The notes under the pieces are model-generated. The model saw only the letters and a program-made list of their open reading frames with translations. It searched no databases and was not told where the DNA came from. This document shows positions 1 to 9,561 of a stretch of 54,634 bases of DNA, piece by piece. Position 1 is the stretch's first letter; every line of letters starts with the position of its first letter. Source of the DNA: a virus (Duplodnaviria; Caudoviricetes); IMG/VR virus record IMGVR_UViG_3300018080_003388, positions 1 through 54,634 of that record. One strand, 5' to 3'. The translations under genes were made by a program, and so were the position numbers.

Positions 1-1300
1 TATATAGTTGGTTATAATCCTGATGATGTGTATGAATACTCACTGTCTACACCTTGGTCACTAGATAGTGCTGCCTATACAGGAACAAGCTTTAGCTTGA
101 CCGCACAAACTACCTTTCCACAAGGGATCGCATTCAGCACTGACGGTACTAAGATGTATATGATTACTTATAGTGATGATTCTGTTTATGAATATTCACT
201 ATCTACACCCTGGTCACTGGCTAGTGCTAGTTATACAGGCACAAGCCTTGACATATCCGAACACAATGAAATTCCATACGGAATCGCGTTCAGCACTGAC
301 GGTACTAAGATGTACATGATAGGGACTATGTATGATTCTGTGTATGAATATTCACTATCTACGCCCTGGTCACTGGCTAGTGCTGCGTATACAGGCACAA
401 GATTTATCATGAAAGAACTCGTCGGCGGAACATCGACCCAAGTGGTAGGAATCGCGTTCAGTACCGGCGGTTCTAAGATGTACTCATTTTCGTCTAGCAA
501 TGACAATGACGCAGTTTATGAATACTCACTAACGAATATAAAAGATGATATTTGGTCTTTAGATGTTCCTATTAGCGAAGCATTTTACACGGGCAAGTCC
601 TTTAGCGTGAACTCACACAATTCCGACCCAGAAGGAATCGCGTTCAGCACTGACGGTACTAAGATGTATATAGTTGGTTATAATCCTGATGATGTGTATG
701 AATACTCACTGTCTACACCTTGGTCACTAGATAGTGCTGCCTATACAGGCACAAGCTTTAGCGTGATCGAACAAGCTACCTTTCCACAAGGGATCGCATT
801 CAGCACTGACGGTACTAAGATGTACATATCTGACGGTGATAATGATAATGTCTATGAATACTCACTATCTACGCCTTGGTCACTGGCTAGTGCTAGTTAT
901 ACAGGCACAAGCCTTGACATATCCGAACAAGATACCACTCCATCTGGAATCGCGTTCAGCACTGACGGTACTAAGATGTATATAGTTGGTTATAATCCTG
1001 ATGATGTGTATGAATACTCACTGTCTACACCTTGGTCACTGGCTAGTGCTAGTTATACAGGCACAAGCCTTGACATATCCGAACAAGATCCCTTTCCACA
1101 AGGGATCGCATTCAGCACTGACGGTACTAAGATGTATATGGTTGGGTTTGGTAATGATTCTGTGTATGAATATTCACTATCTACGCCCTGGTCACTAGCT
1201 AGTGCTGACTATACAGGCACAAACTTTAGCTTGACCGCACAAACCACCGTTCCACAAGGGATCGCGTTCAGTACTGACGGTACTGAGATGTACATTATAG
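1..1300 (+). repeat. In-frame ~156-bp near-identical repeats encoding propeller blades
   Basis: 1-83 is identical to 667-749 and the same block starts again at 979 (spacing 312 = 2x156); 'ttcagcactgacggtactaagatgta' recurs repeatedly. Confidence 0.95.
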
Positions 1301-2193
1301 AGTCTAGTACTAAAGGTGTGTATCAGTACCTTGTACGAATCTATGATAACACATACGAATTAACGGCATATGAAACAAGTGTAATCGAGAATGTTCTAGT
1401 ATCAGGTTCTAGGCTGCATGCTTTAGACAGTGACGGTAATAAGATAAACGAATGTATACTCGGCACTCCTTGGCAAATAAGTTCAGCAACGTGTTCGGGC
1501 ACTAGCTTTGATACGCAGTCTCAGGATACCACACCGGTTGATTTTGTATTCGGTGATAGCGGAAACGCACTTTATGTTCTAGGACAGCAAAACAAGCAAG
1601 TATATCAATATTCGCTAAGTGTTCCTTATTCGGTATCTTCGGCATCTTATACTGGTACATCTGGGTCACTACAAGGTTCTACATTTGCTAGTTTACAAGG
1701 ATTGTTATTTTCTGAAACAGGCAACAAACTGTTTGTTTTAGACAATGCTGCTTCGCAGATTTTCGAGTATGATTTGTCAACACCGTGGAACATCACTAGT
1801 ATTTCATATTCCGGCATTGCAACTTATGCTATTTCTTCTTTGCAAGACTCTTCGCCTGTTGATATAGCATTTACAGATAACGGATCTACGCTCGCGGTAT
1901 TAGGTGCAAGCACTAGGGCGATATACTATTATGTACTATCCACACCTTATGATATTACCACAGCAGCATACAAAAACTCATATAGTATTGCTGATAAGGT
2001 AGATATCCCGGTAAGTATATCATACACAGACGAAGATAATACCAAAATGTACATACATGATGCTGCTACAAAAGCAACGTATCAATATCAAGTAGATCAG
2101 TACACAAATCAAATGGTATTATATGATGTTTTTCAGTACGGATCGGATATTTTAATCACAACTTCAGGAAACCAAGATGTCTATAAAGTATAA
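1..2193 (+). CDS. Beta-propeller repeat protein, probable tail/receptor-binding protein (5'-truncated by window)
   Basis: Frame is open from base 1 (YIVGYNPDDV...). ~52-aa repeats GIAFSTDGTKMY...VYEYSLSTPWSL; followed by a tail-assembly-like gene. Confidence 0.75.
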   Translation, partial: YIVGYNPDDVYEYSLSTPWSLDSAAYTGTSFSLTAQTTFPQGIAFSTDGTKMYMITYSDDSVYEYSLSTPWSLASASYTGTSLDISEHNEIPYGIAFSTDGTKMYMIGTMYDSVYEYSLSTPWSLASAAYTGTRFIMKELVGGTSTQVVGIAFSTGGSKMYSFSSSNDNDAVYEYSLTNIKDDIWSLDVPISEAFYTGKSFSVNSHNSDPEGIAFSTDGTKMYIVGYNPDDVYEYSLSTPWSLDSAAYTGTSFSVIEQATFPQGIAFSTDGTKMYISDGDNDNVYEYSLSTPWSLASASYTGTSLDISEQDTTPSGIAFSTDGTKMYIVGYNPDDVYEYSLSTPWSLASASYTGTSLDISEQDPFPQGIAFSTDGTKMYMVGFGNDSVYEYSLSTPWSLASADYTGTNFSLTAQTTVPQGIAFSTDGTEMYIIESSTKGVYQYLVRIYDNTYELTAYETSVIENVLVSGSRLHALDSDGNKINECILGTPWQISSATCSGTSFDTQSQDTTPVDFVFGDSGNALYVLGQQNKQVYQYSLSVPYSVSSASYTGTSGSLQGSTFASLQGLLFSETGNKLFVLDNAASQIFEYDLSTPWNITSISYSGIATYAISSLQDSSPVDIAFTDNGSTLAVLGASTRAIYYYVLSTPYDITTAAYKNSYSIADKVDIPVSISYTDEDNTKMYIHDAATKATYQYQVDQYTNQMVLYDVFQYGSDILITTSGNQDVYKV

Positions 2194-2641
2194 AACAAAA
2201 AAAAGTGGGATTATAGATAGACCACAGAAGATAAGAAATACCTTGATAGGTCCTCGTGCAGATATCTCTAAATACGGTTATTATAAAGTTATACCTCCTG
2301 CTGACGCAGCTCCTCAAGGACAAGAGTATGTTGATAGCGGTCTCGGTACATATGATGAAGAAAAAATGGAATACTATCCCGATTGGATACTAGCAGATAT
2401 ACCCAAAGCTATTAAAACGTGGACAGTATTAGAGTTTAAGCGTATTTTTACATCAGAAGAGAGAATTGCTATAAGGCAAGCTGCTAAAACTGATCCTGTA
2501 GTTGAAGATTTTCTAGATATACTAGAAACAACAGCAATATCAGGATCACTGGTATCTTCAAATGATCAAGACCTAATACAAGGTATAGAATATATGAGAG
2601 AAAAAGGACTAATTTCACAGCAAACAGCAGATAAATTCTAG
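2177..2641 (+). CDS. Hypothetical protein, tail-fibre assembly-like
   Basis: 154-aa ORF overlapping the end of the propeller gene; C-terminal 'EFKRIFTSEERIAIRQAAKTDPVVEDFLDIL' resembles phage tail-associated small proteins. Confidence 0.5.
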   Translation: MSIKYKTKKSGIIDRPQKIRNTLIGPRADISKYGYYKVIPPADAAPQGQEYVDSGLGTYDEEKMEYYPDWILADIPKAIKTWTVLEFKRIFTSEERIAIRQAAKTDPVVEDFLDILETTAISGSLVSSNDQDLIQGIEYMREKGLISQQTADKF

Positions 2642-2682
2642 TTTTGTGAGTAAATGTATAAATTATAAAAGAGGTATAAAAA

Positions 2683-3138
2683 ATGTCAAGTTCTATAGAC
2701 ACGCAGTATATAGATGTACTTTTTCCAGTAGCAGGGCAAGATAATGATAGCCAAGGATTCAGGGATAACTTTTTCCAAATCAAAGAAAATCTAGATCGTG
2801 CTAAAATCGAATTAACACAGCTTAAAAATGTAGATATCACGTCTAGTTTTGTAGATATTGATGTAAGCACAGCTAAGTATTTTGTGAGATCTCTAGCAGG
2901 ATCAGGAGTAGTTAAACTAACAAACTGGCCCAGTGGATATGTTGTCATTAGAGTAGAACTAATAACAGATCAAACAAGAAATATTGTATTCGAAGGCGAT
3001 GCTACCAGTCAGATAAAATCAGATAATTCTACATTAAAGGGAATTTTTTCAGTAAATGGGAGTGGTCATGTCTATGAACTTTGGAGCTATGATGAAGGAC
3101 AGACTATATATGTAACATATTTAAATCAGTTTACTTGA
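2683..3138 (+). CDS. Hypothetical virion-associated protein
   Basis: SD gaggt upstream; N-terminal FPVAGQDNDSQGFRDNF motif typical of tail/baseplate-attached proteins of large myoviruses. Confidence 0.55.
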   Translation: MSSSIDTQYIDVLFPVAGQDNDSQGFRDNFFQIKENLDRAKIELTQLKNVDITSSFVDIDVSTAKYFVRSLAGSGVVKLTNWPSGYVVIRVELITDQTRNIVFEGDATSQIKSDNSTLKGIFSVNGSGHVYELWSYDEGQTIYVTYLNQFT

Positions 3139-3142
3139 TTTT

Positions 3143-3361
3143 ATGTATCCTTTAAATATTGACTTGTCTGTGTTCTCTGATGATGAACTTCGTGAACGCA
3201 TAACACGTTTATCAGATATCTACTGGTCATCTGGCGCAGACGTTAGGCGACAAGTATCTATGATCTTAGATACTTACACATCCGAGCTAGAAAAACGTCT
3301 TAACAAAATCAAACAAAACCAAGGTAATATAGATCTTGACAATCTTGTAAAAGTAAAGTAA
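3143..3361 (+). CDS. Hypothetical small helical protein
   Basis: 72-aa ORF filling the gap between neighbours. Confidence 0.6.
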   Translation: MYPLNIDLSVFSDDELRERITRLSDIYWSSGADVRRQVSMILDTYTSELEKRLNKIKQNQGNIDLDNLVKVK

Positions 3362-3364
3362 CAT
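3336..3364 (+). promoter_or_regulatory. Sigma70-like promoter (TTGACA-N17-TAACAT)
   Basis: Perfect -35 at 3336-3341, 17-nt spacer, -10 at 3359-3364, 7 nt before ATG 3372. Confidence 0.5.
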
Positions 3365-3371
3365 AGACTTT

Positions 3372-3878
3372 ATGAAAATTGACAAATATGGAATACCTTG
3401 TTTTGACACTGACGATATTGTAGATATGATGTTGGATGGTGATATTGACGCAATATTCGATGTATTATGCAATGATGAAAAAGACCTGCAACTCTTTAAT
3501 AATATGAACACAGGTAGAACTTTGGCTCCTTATACTGAGCTATCAGTGGATATATCAGAGTTTGATCATGTTCTACAAAACAATATTTTTCTTCCTGAAT
3601 ACTATAAAAATATCAGCGTTTATGATTTCTTGTTAAATAAAACAAAGTGTGAAATACATCTAGATAGATTGAATCAAGAATTTGATGCTTTCGAGCAAAG
3701 AAATCTCATGGGTGTACTAAGATTTTTGATATATTTAGTAGATGTTCTTAGAGAAAATAATATAATATGGGGAGTAGGTAGAGGTTCTAGTGTATCTTCT
3801 TATATATTATTCCTTATAGGGATACATAGGATAGATCCTATAAAACACAATTTGGACTGGAAAGAGTTCCTAAGATAA
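3372..3878 (+). CDS. DNA polymerase III alpha (DnaE)-like fragment
   Basis: GVGRGSSVSSYILFLIGIHRIDPIKHNLDWKEFLR matches the DnaE GxGRGS...DP...L.FERFL motif; only 168 aa. Confidence 0.85.
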   Translation: MKIDKYGIPCFDTDDIVDMMLDGDIDAIFDVLCNDEKDLQLFNNMNTGRTLAPYTELSVDISEFDHVLQNNIFLPEYYKNISVYDFLLNKTKCEIHLDRLNQEFDAFEQRNLMGVLRFLIYLVDVLRENNIIWGVGRGSSVSSYILFLIGIHRIDPIKHNLDWKEFLR

Positions 3879-3902
3879 CCCAGCGTAAACTAGGAGAAAA
3901 TA

Positions 3903-4433
3903 ATGAAAAATAACAAACAAACAGAACACGTGACTATGAGAGGTCGTCGTATAAACATGGATCTTCTGCAGAAAAAGAATGAACTAACTCCTGCAGTAGG
4001 AAATGCTAACATGAATGCCCGGGGTGATCGTATTAAGCCCAACGGAAAGATTGTAGAAACACGTGAAAAGATGCTAAAAAAGTACTATGAAGACAATCCA
4101 AGAACAGTGTCTGATCCTGTGCATTCTAGAAAAACTCAAGTTCAAGATGCTGTGCAAGAACAAGCACCGTCTGAAAAAACTTCTGAAGTAAAAAGCACAG
4201 TAACTGAACCGTCTTCGCAGAAGACCGCAGAGACTTCCAAGGTTACTAGCGATACTAAAACAGCAAGTACTGTTAAACCTGCTAGCGTTCCTGCTACTAA
4301 TGCAGGTAAAGCTGCTGCTGCAGCAGCAAAAAAAGATCCTGCCAAGATTGAAATGGAAGACAAAAATGATGAATGGGTAGAAGACAAGGACGGAAATTTT
4401 GTAAAAAAAGAAGATCTCAAAAAGGTAAAGTAA
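3903..4433 (+). CDS. Hypothetical protein with low-complexity S/T/A/K linker
   Basis: SD aggag; 176-aa ORF; TAATG coupling to the next gene. Confidence 0.7.
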   Translation: MKNNKQTEHVTMRGRRINMDLLQKKNELTPAVGNANMNARGDRIKPNGKIVETREKMLKKYYEDNPRTVSDPVHSRKTQVQDAVQEQAPSEKTSEVKSTVTEPSSQKTAETSKVTSDTKTASTVKPASVPATNAGKAAAAAAKKDPAKIEMEDKNDEWVEDKDGNFVKKEDLKKVK

Positions 4434-4786
4434 TGTCTTTGAATCTCAACGCAGTTGAAGGTAAAGTTAGAGCAATAGGTGATGGCATACTAGTTACTCA
4501 TATGCATTTTGGGGAACAAGTAACCGCATCCGGACTAATTATTTCTGATGATGATGGAAAAACACGCGGAATTTACCCCAGATGGGGGTGTGTGTATGAC
4601 AAAGGCCCTAGGAACAATGAAGAATATCAAGTAGGTGACTGGGTTCTAGTAGAACACGGGAGATGGACCAGGAGCGTAAGCGTTAAAGATGGAGATTCTG
4701 TTCTAGAATGTCGTATGATTGACAAGGATGCTGTTTTGTTGTATACTGATGAAAAGCCTGAAGATGTTTATATAGGTAATGAGTAA
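4433..4786 (+). CDS. GroES-like co-chaperonin
   Basis: VRAIGDGILV...TASGLIISD...KGP...VGDWVL pattern; start placed at ATG 4433 (TAATG overlap). Confidence 0.75.
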   Translation: MSLNLNAVEGKVRAIGDGILVTHMHFGEQVTASGLIISDDDGKTRGIYPRWGCVYDKGPRNNEEYQVGDWVLVEHGRWTRSVSVKDGDSVLECRMIDKDAVLLYTDEKPEDVYIGNE

Positions 4787-4825
4787 TATAAACTAACAAC
4801 TAATGTTAGGTGATTATTAACATTT

Positions 4826-4858
4826 AAGGTTATATCTGTAACAGATATAACCTTTTTA
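4826..4858 (+). terminator. Rho-independent terminator-like hairpin
   Basis: aaggttatatctgt-a-acagatataacctt inverted repeat followed by a T run, intergenic. Confidence 0.7.
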
Positions 4859-4887
4859 AACACAACAAGGCTCACTAGGAGAACAGA

Positions 4888-5436
4888 ATGAAAATCAACG
4901 GCACTATAGACTTGGAAACACTAGATACAAAACCTAGTGCTACTATATTATCGGTGGGATGTGTTAAATTTAATCCGTATGATACACAAAGCGAGCCTTA
5001 TGATGCTCTTTATATTAAAATATCTGTGGATGATCAGAATAAAATCCACAGAACTTATTCAGAAGATACTCTTGCATGGTGGTCCAAGCAAGACAAATCA
5101 ATAATGGAAGAAGCATTCGATCAAAGTCAATCACTGAGTTGCAACCAAGCTGCACAAGTGATATCTAAATGGTGTAATGGTGTGGATATACTATGGGGGC
5201 AAGGGTATGGGTTTGACTTTACTATCTTAGAAGACTTTTTCAAAGCAGTGAATCATCCCTGTCCTTGGAACTTTTGGCAACTTCGTGACAGTAGAACATT
5301 ATTCAAGCTACTAGAACAAGACCCTAGAAAAGAAATGCAGCAAAATCTTCATAATGCACTAGAAGATGCTTATTATCAATCAAAAGCTATTCAAGTAGCC
5401 TGTGAAAAACTAGAAATCACTAAAATTTCTGCTTAG
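4888..5436 (+). CDS. DEDDh 3'-5' exonuclease (RNase AS/ExoVIII/DexA-like)
   Basis: IDLETL, G..FD..IL, RDSRT and HNALEDA motifs. Confidence 0.85.
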   Translation: MKINGTIDLETLDTKPSATILSVGCVKFNPYDTQSEPYDALYIKISVDDQNKIHRTYSEDTLAWWSKQDKSIMEEAFDQSQSLSCNQAAQVISKWCNGVDILWGQGYGFDFTILEDFFKAVNHPCPWNFWQLRDSRTLFKLLEQDPRKEMQQNLHNALEDAYYQSKAIQVACEKLEITKISA

Positions 5437-5474
5437 ATTATCAATCATAACCAAAATTAGTCAGGAGCCGTCCA

Positions 5475-6401
5475 GTGAAACAATTGTGGACAGAAAAATA
5501 TCGACCTAAAAAAGTTGATGAGTATGTATTTCGTGACGATGCACAAAAGAAACAAGTTATTCAGTGGATAGAAGAACGAACTATTCCTCACGTTTTGCTT
5601 AGTGGGAACGCAGGGACGGGTAAAACAACACTTGCCAAAGTCTTGATCAATGAACTTGAAGTAAACGAACTAGATTTTCTAGAAATAAACGCCAGTAGAA
5701 CTAATTCAGTTGATGATGTTCGTGATAGAATTGTTAATTTTGTACAAATGATACCATTTGGTAAGTTCAAGGTCGTACTTTTAGATGAGTGCGATTATTT
5801 ATCCTTGAATGGACAGGCTGCACTCAGAGGAGTCATGGAAGAGTATCATGATACTGCTCGTTTTATACTTACTTGTAACTATCCTAATAAAATAATACCA
5901 GCACTGCATTCTAGGTGTCAGGGATTTCATATCAATAAAATAGATTCAGTGGAATATACTGCTCGTGTAGCTCAGATATTGATAAATGAGCAAGTAAATT
6001 TTGACCTTGAAGTGTTGGATACTTATGTTAAAGTAGCTTACCCAGATCTTAGAAAATGCATAAACTTGCTTCAGCAAAATACTAATAAAAATACTCTTCT
6101 TATTCCGGATTCAGGAGATAAGAGCGAAAAAGACTGGCGCATTGACATGGTTGAACTATTTAAGTCAGGCAAGATCCATGATGCTAGAAAGCTTGTGTGT
6201 GAAAATGCTAGAAACGAAGAAATTGAAGAAATATATAGATGGTTGTATACTAATCATGAGTTGTTTGGCTACGATGATAATTCACGAGATCAAGCAATAC
6301 TATTGATTGCACAAGGTCTAGAAAAACATGCGCTAGTTGCAGACGCAGAAATAAATTTATCTGCTACACTTATAAGACTAGCTAGAAACTTGGAAAAATA
6401 A
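5475..6401 (+). CDS. Clamp loader ATPase subunit (RFC-small/gp44-like)
   Basis: LWTEKYRP, Walker A GNAGTGKT, INAS, DECD and SRC motifs. Confidence 0.92.
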   Translation: MKQLWTEKYRPKKVDEYVFRDDAQKKQVIQWIEERTIPHVLLSGNAGTGKTTLAKVLINELEVNELDFLEINASRTNSVDDVRDRIVNFVQMIPFGKFKVVLLDECDYLSLNGQAALRGVMEEYHDTARFILTCNYPNKIIPALHSRCQGFHINKIDSVEYTARVAQILINEQVNFDLEVLDTYVKVAYPDLRKCINLLQQNTNKNTLLIPDSGDKSEKDWRIDMVELFKSGKIHDARKLVCENARNEEIEEIYRWLYTNHELFGYDDNSRDQAILLIAQGLEKHALVADAEINLSATLIRLARNLEK

Positions 6402-6444
6402 AGGTGATAAATGAATAATAACGATACAAAGCATGAGATGATCT

Positions 6445-6792
6445 ATGACACATGTAGTTACTGATAATTGCATTCGTTGTAAGCATATGGAATGTGTTAC
6501 AGTTTGCCCAGTTGATTGTTTTCATGAAGGTGAGAATATGTTGGTAATAGATCCGGATGAATGCATTGACTGTGGTGTTTGTGTTCCTGAGTGTCCTTAT
6601 GACGCTATATTTCCACATAGCTCACTAGATGAAGATGAATACCAGAAATGGCTGCAAATAAATAAAAAATACAGCAGTATATGGCCAGTCATTGATCAAG
6701 TTATAGAGCACAGAAAACCTCAAGACTCAGATGTTTGGGACGGTGTGGAAAACAAATATGAAAAATTCTTTTCAAATAAACCAGGAGAATGA
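6445..6792 (+). CDS. fdxA: 7Fe ferredoxin (FdxA type)
   Basis: [48 protein letters not shown]. Confidence 0.92.
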   Translation: MTHVVTDNCIRCKHMECVTVCPVDCFHEGENMLVIDPDECIDCGVCVPECPYDAIFPHSSLDEDEYQKWLQINKKYSSIWPVIDQVIEHRKPQDSDVWDGVENKYEKFFSNKPGE

Positions 6793-6796
6793 ACCC

Positions 6797-7939
6797 GTGA
6801 AAAATCCTTTTGAAGATCAAAAAAAGTTCATGTCTGCGTGTGATCAGACAGTAGAATCATTTAATTTAAAGCAGTATGATATGTATACGTCTTTGGTAAC
6901 CGAAGAATATCAAGAGCTAATGAAAGCTATCAGTGATAGAAATCTTGTAGAGCAAGTTGATGCCTTGGTTGATATTCTAGTAGTATCAATGGGTTCCTTG
7001 ATTTCACTAGGAATAAATCCGCAAGAAGTTTGGGACGAAGTTATGTCTACTAATTTTGCCAAGATTGACGATGAAACCGGAAAAGTCAGAAAGCGCGAAG
7101 ACGGTAAAGTTCTAAAGCCTCAAGGGTGGACTCCTCCGGAGATTACACGATTTATAACCATGAACATGGTAAAAGAAGTTATAACACAAGCTCAAGACAA
7201 CACAGATCATGACAAAAAAGATGAACAAGAACCATTCACTGCGCGTTTAGTTAGTTACTCTAATCCTGTTTCAGATTTGGCTGAACAAGGCATCGATGAT
7301 CTACAAGAGCTTGTGGCATTTTGCGCTAGAGTTTCTAACCCCAGCAATCAAATGAACACAGAGACTAGTGAAAGATTGATAAATTACCTTATAAAACACG
7401 CACACTGGAGTCCTTTGGAAATGGTGAATGTTTGCTTGGAAATAGAAACTACCAGAGATATAGCACATCAGATTGTAAGGCATTGGTCATTTAGATTCCA
7501 AGAATTTAGTCAACGATATGCTAATCCTGCTGAACTAGGAAACCAGTTTGTGTTGTGTGAAACCAGACTACAAGATACCAAGAATAGGCAAAATTCTATA
7601 GAAATCAATTCAGATTCCATGAGTCATTTAGCTATACACAATAGATGGTTAGAAGAACAGCAAGACGTTATTTATCGTAGCAAAAAAGCCTATGAGTGGG
7701 CTATAAATGCAGGGATAGCCAAGGAACTAGCTAGAAAAGTATTACCTGAAGGTCTTACAAAGACTAGACTTTACATGAATGGTTCTCTGAGAGGCTGGAT
7801 ACACTATGTAGAGCTAAGAAGTGCAAACGGAACCCAGAAAGAACATATGGAAATAGCAAGATGTTGTGCACAAGCTATTTCAGAAGTGTTTCCTATGATA
7901 GACAACTATGCACATAAAGATGAACATAGTGCGAGCTAA
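6797..7939 (+). CDS. thyX: MazG-like NTP pyrophosphohydrolase fused to flavin-dependent thymidylate synthase
   Basis: N-part EEYQE...DALVD...EVMSTNFAK...KREDGKVLKP.GW; C-part HWSPLE, RHWSFRFQEFSQRY, ELARKVLP. GTG 6797 is preceded by aggag. Confidence 0.88.
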   Translation: MKNPFEDQKKFMSACDQTVESFNLKQYDMYTSLVTEEYQELMKAISDRNLVEQVDALVDILVVSMGSLISLGINPQEVWDEVMSTNFAKIDDETGKVRKREDGKVLKPQGWTPPEITRFITMNMVKEVITQAQDNTDHDKKDEQEPFTARLVSYSNPVSDLAEQGIDDLQELVAFCARVSNPSNQMNTETSERLINYLIKHAHWSPLEMVNVCLEIETTRDIAHQIVRHWSFRFQEFSQRYANPAELGNQFVLCETRLQDTKNRQNSIEINSDSMSHLAIHNRWLEEQQDVIYRSKKAYEWAINAGIAKELARKVLPEGLTKTRLYMNGSLRGWIHYVELRSANGTQKEHMEIARCCAQAISEVFPMIDNYAHKDEHSAS

Positions 7940-8156
7940 GGATTTCAAAGGTAGTCCTTTTAAGTATGGTCAACCTTTGGTGATTTCCGATGATAATACA
8001 GAGCAACTGCTAGAAAGACTAACAAATATGCTAGCATGGCTAAGGCAGCAAAACAGTGACAGTACCGTAATATGGAACAATGACCATGAAGGCAGTGTTT
8101 ACTTATGGTTTGAAGATAAAAGACTGCAGTTGATGTTTTCTATTGTTGCTATATAA
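7908..8156 (+). CDS. Hypothetical protein
   Basis: 82-aa ORF; start uncertain. Confidence 0.5.
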   Translation: MHIKMNIVRAKDFKGSPFKYGQPLVISDDNTEQLLERLTNMLAWLRQQNSDSTVIWNNDHEGSVYLWFEDKRLQLMFSIVAI

Positions 8157-8159
8157 CAA

Positions 8160-8870
8160 TCATTCATCACCGTATATTTGTAGAACTTCTTTTACGGCTT
8201 CGTGTCTTTCTATATCTTGATTATTGAACTTAACAATACTCAGTTTTGAGTAATTTTTAATTAGCAATTTATCAAGAAAGTCACGAAGTCCGTTGTCATA
8301 TTGCCTATCACTTTGATCTAGATCCCCAGTTACAGCCATTCTAGATCCTTGTCCTATTCTAGTAAGCAGCATTTTCATTTGATTAGGTGTAGTTAATTGA
8401 ACTTCGTCTGCTATTATAAAAGAATTTTTAAAAGTTCTTCCTCTCATATAAGCTAGTGGTGCTATTTCTATAACACCTTCTTTTAGCATGTGTTCTATTT
8501 CGTTGGAGTTAAAGTATTCACGGAATACATCAAAAATGGGTTTGGTCCACGGGGCCATTTTTTGTTCTAAAGTGCCTGGTAAAAAACCCAGTTCTTCATC
8601 AACACTCACTACTGGTCTAGTTATGATTATTTTGTTTATTATTCCTTGTTTGAATTTTTTTATAGCAGTAGTAACGGCTATTATAGTTTTTCCTGTACCG
8701 GCGGGTCCTATTGCAAATACTATAGGCATTGAATCATCTAGCAAGTTTAATAGATATTCTTCTTGATTTTTATTTTTTGGTAATATAGTTGGATCTTGTT
8801 TTTTGGTTTTATAGTTTGTTGTATTATCTGTGTTATTAACAGAATTACGACGATTCTTTTTTGCTCCCAT
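8160..8870 (-). CDS. phoH: PhoH-family ATPase
   Basis: GPAGTGKT, GFLPG, IAPLAYMRGRTF, DEVQ and TGDLDQSD motifs; ATG 8870 with SD ggaggt. Confidence 0.95.
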   Translation of the reverse strand: MGAKKNRRNSVNNTDNTTNYKTKKQDPTILPKNKNQEEYLLNLLDDSMPIVFAIGPAGTGKTIIAVTTAIKKFKQGIINKIIITRPVVSVDEELGFLPGTLEQKMAPWTKPIFDVFREYFNSNEIEHMLKEGVIEIAPLAYMRGRTFKNSFIIADEVQLTTPNQMKMLLTRIGQGSRMAVTGDLDQSDRQYDNGLRDFLDKLLIKNYSKLSIVKFNNQDIERHEAVKEVLQIYGDE

Positions 8871-8991
8871 CAAAACCTCCTTTGATGAATAATGAGATCT
8901 TATAATATTTATTAGTAAATTAATTGCACTAAAATACAGATTTATCATTGATCTTTTGATAAATAAATTTATAACTACGGCTGGAAACAAT

Positions 8992-9543
8992 ATGCAAGAC
9001 GTATTAGACGTTTTAAAAAATCTAGAAAATATATTTGATAACAACACATCTTTTAATGTGCTCAAAGATTTTGAGAGAGTTATTGATGAACTAGACGTAT
9101 ACATCTATAAAAATTGGGAAGATGGTGAGCTTATTATCGGTCCTGATATAAAAAGACACTGGGTAAGTTGTTCTTTTATGTGGCCTCGTGACCGCATGCC
9201 AGATCCTCAAGGCGGTAAGCGACTGGTTGAATATGGGTGCAAAGTAAAGTATAAAAAAGACTTTATGATGGTTCCTAGAAAGATAGAAACTCCGGATGAT
9301 ATAAGACCAAATACCAAGAAAGGAAAACTAGATAGGAAACTTATTTGGATAGTAGAGATTAGTATGCCTAAGCAACTGATAGTAGACATCGCTAGTGAAA
9401 TAAAAGATGATGATTATTCAGGAGTAAGTGATGATCTTAGCATGACAGCAGAACCTCAATCCGCAGAAATTTCATCAATGCAAGGGTCTGGACCTGGTTC
9501 TGCTCCGGGTTCTGAACCTCCTTTGCCTGGAATGACACCTTAA
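8992..9543 (+). CDS. Conserved phage hypothetical protein
   Basis: ORF downstream of GATAAATA (8958-8965); start placed at ATG 8992. Confidence 0.65.
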   Translation: MQDVLDVLKNLENIFDNNTSFNVLKDFERVIDELDVYIYKNWEDGELIIGPDIKRHWVSCSFMWPRDRMPDPQGGKRLVEYGCKVKYKKDFMMVPRKIETPDDIRPNTKKGKLDRKLIWIVEISMPKQLIVDIASEIKDDDYSGVSDDLSMTAEPQSAEISSMQGSGPGSAPGSEPPLPGMTP

Positions 9544-9561
9544 CGAGATCGAGAATAAAAT

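Noticed and set aside
1-1300. CRISPR-like alternation of constant and variable blocks
   Set aside because: The repeats are in-frame, degenerate and encode propeller blades; no cas genes are present.
3860-3960. Frameshift, intron or split intein continuing DnaE
   Set aside because: No PDxDxD or intein motif follows; the next gene has its own SD and is unrelated.
8871-9104. N-terminal extension of PhoH in the ORF track
   Set aside because: It overlaps the divergent gene; a strong SD supports ATG 8870.
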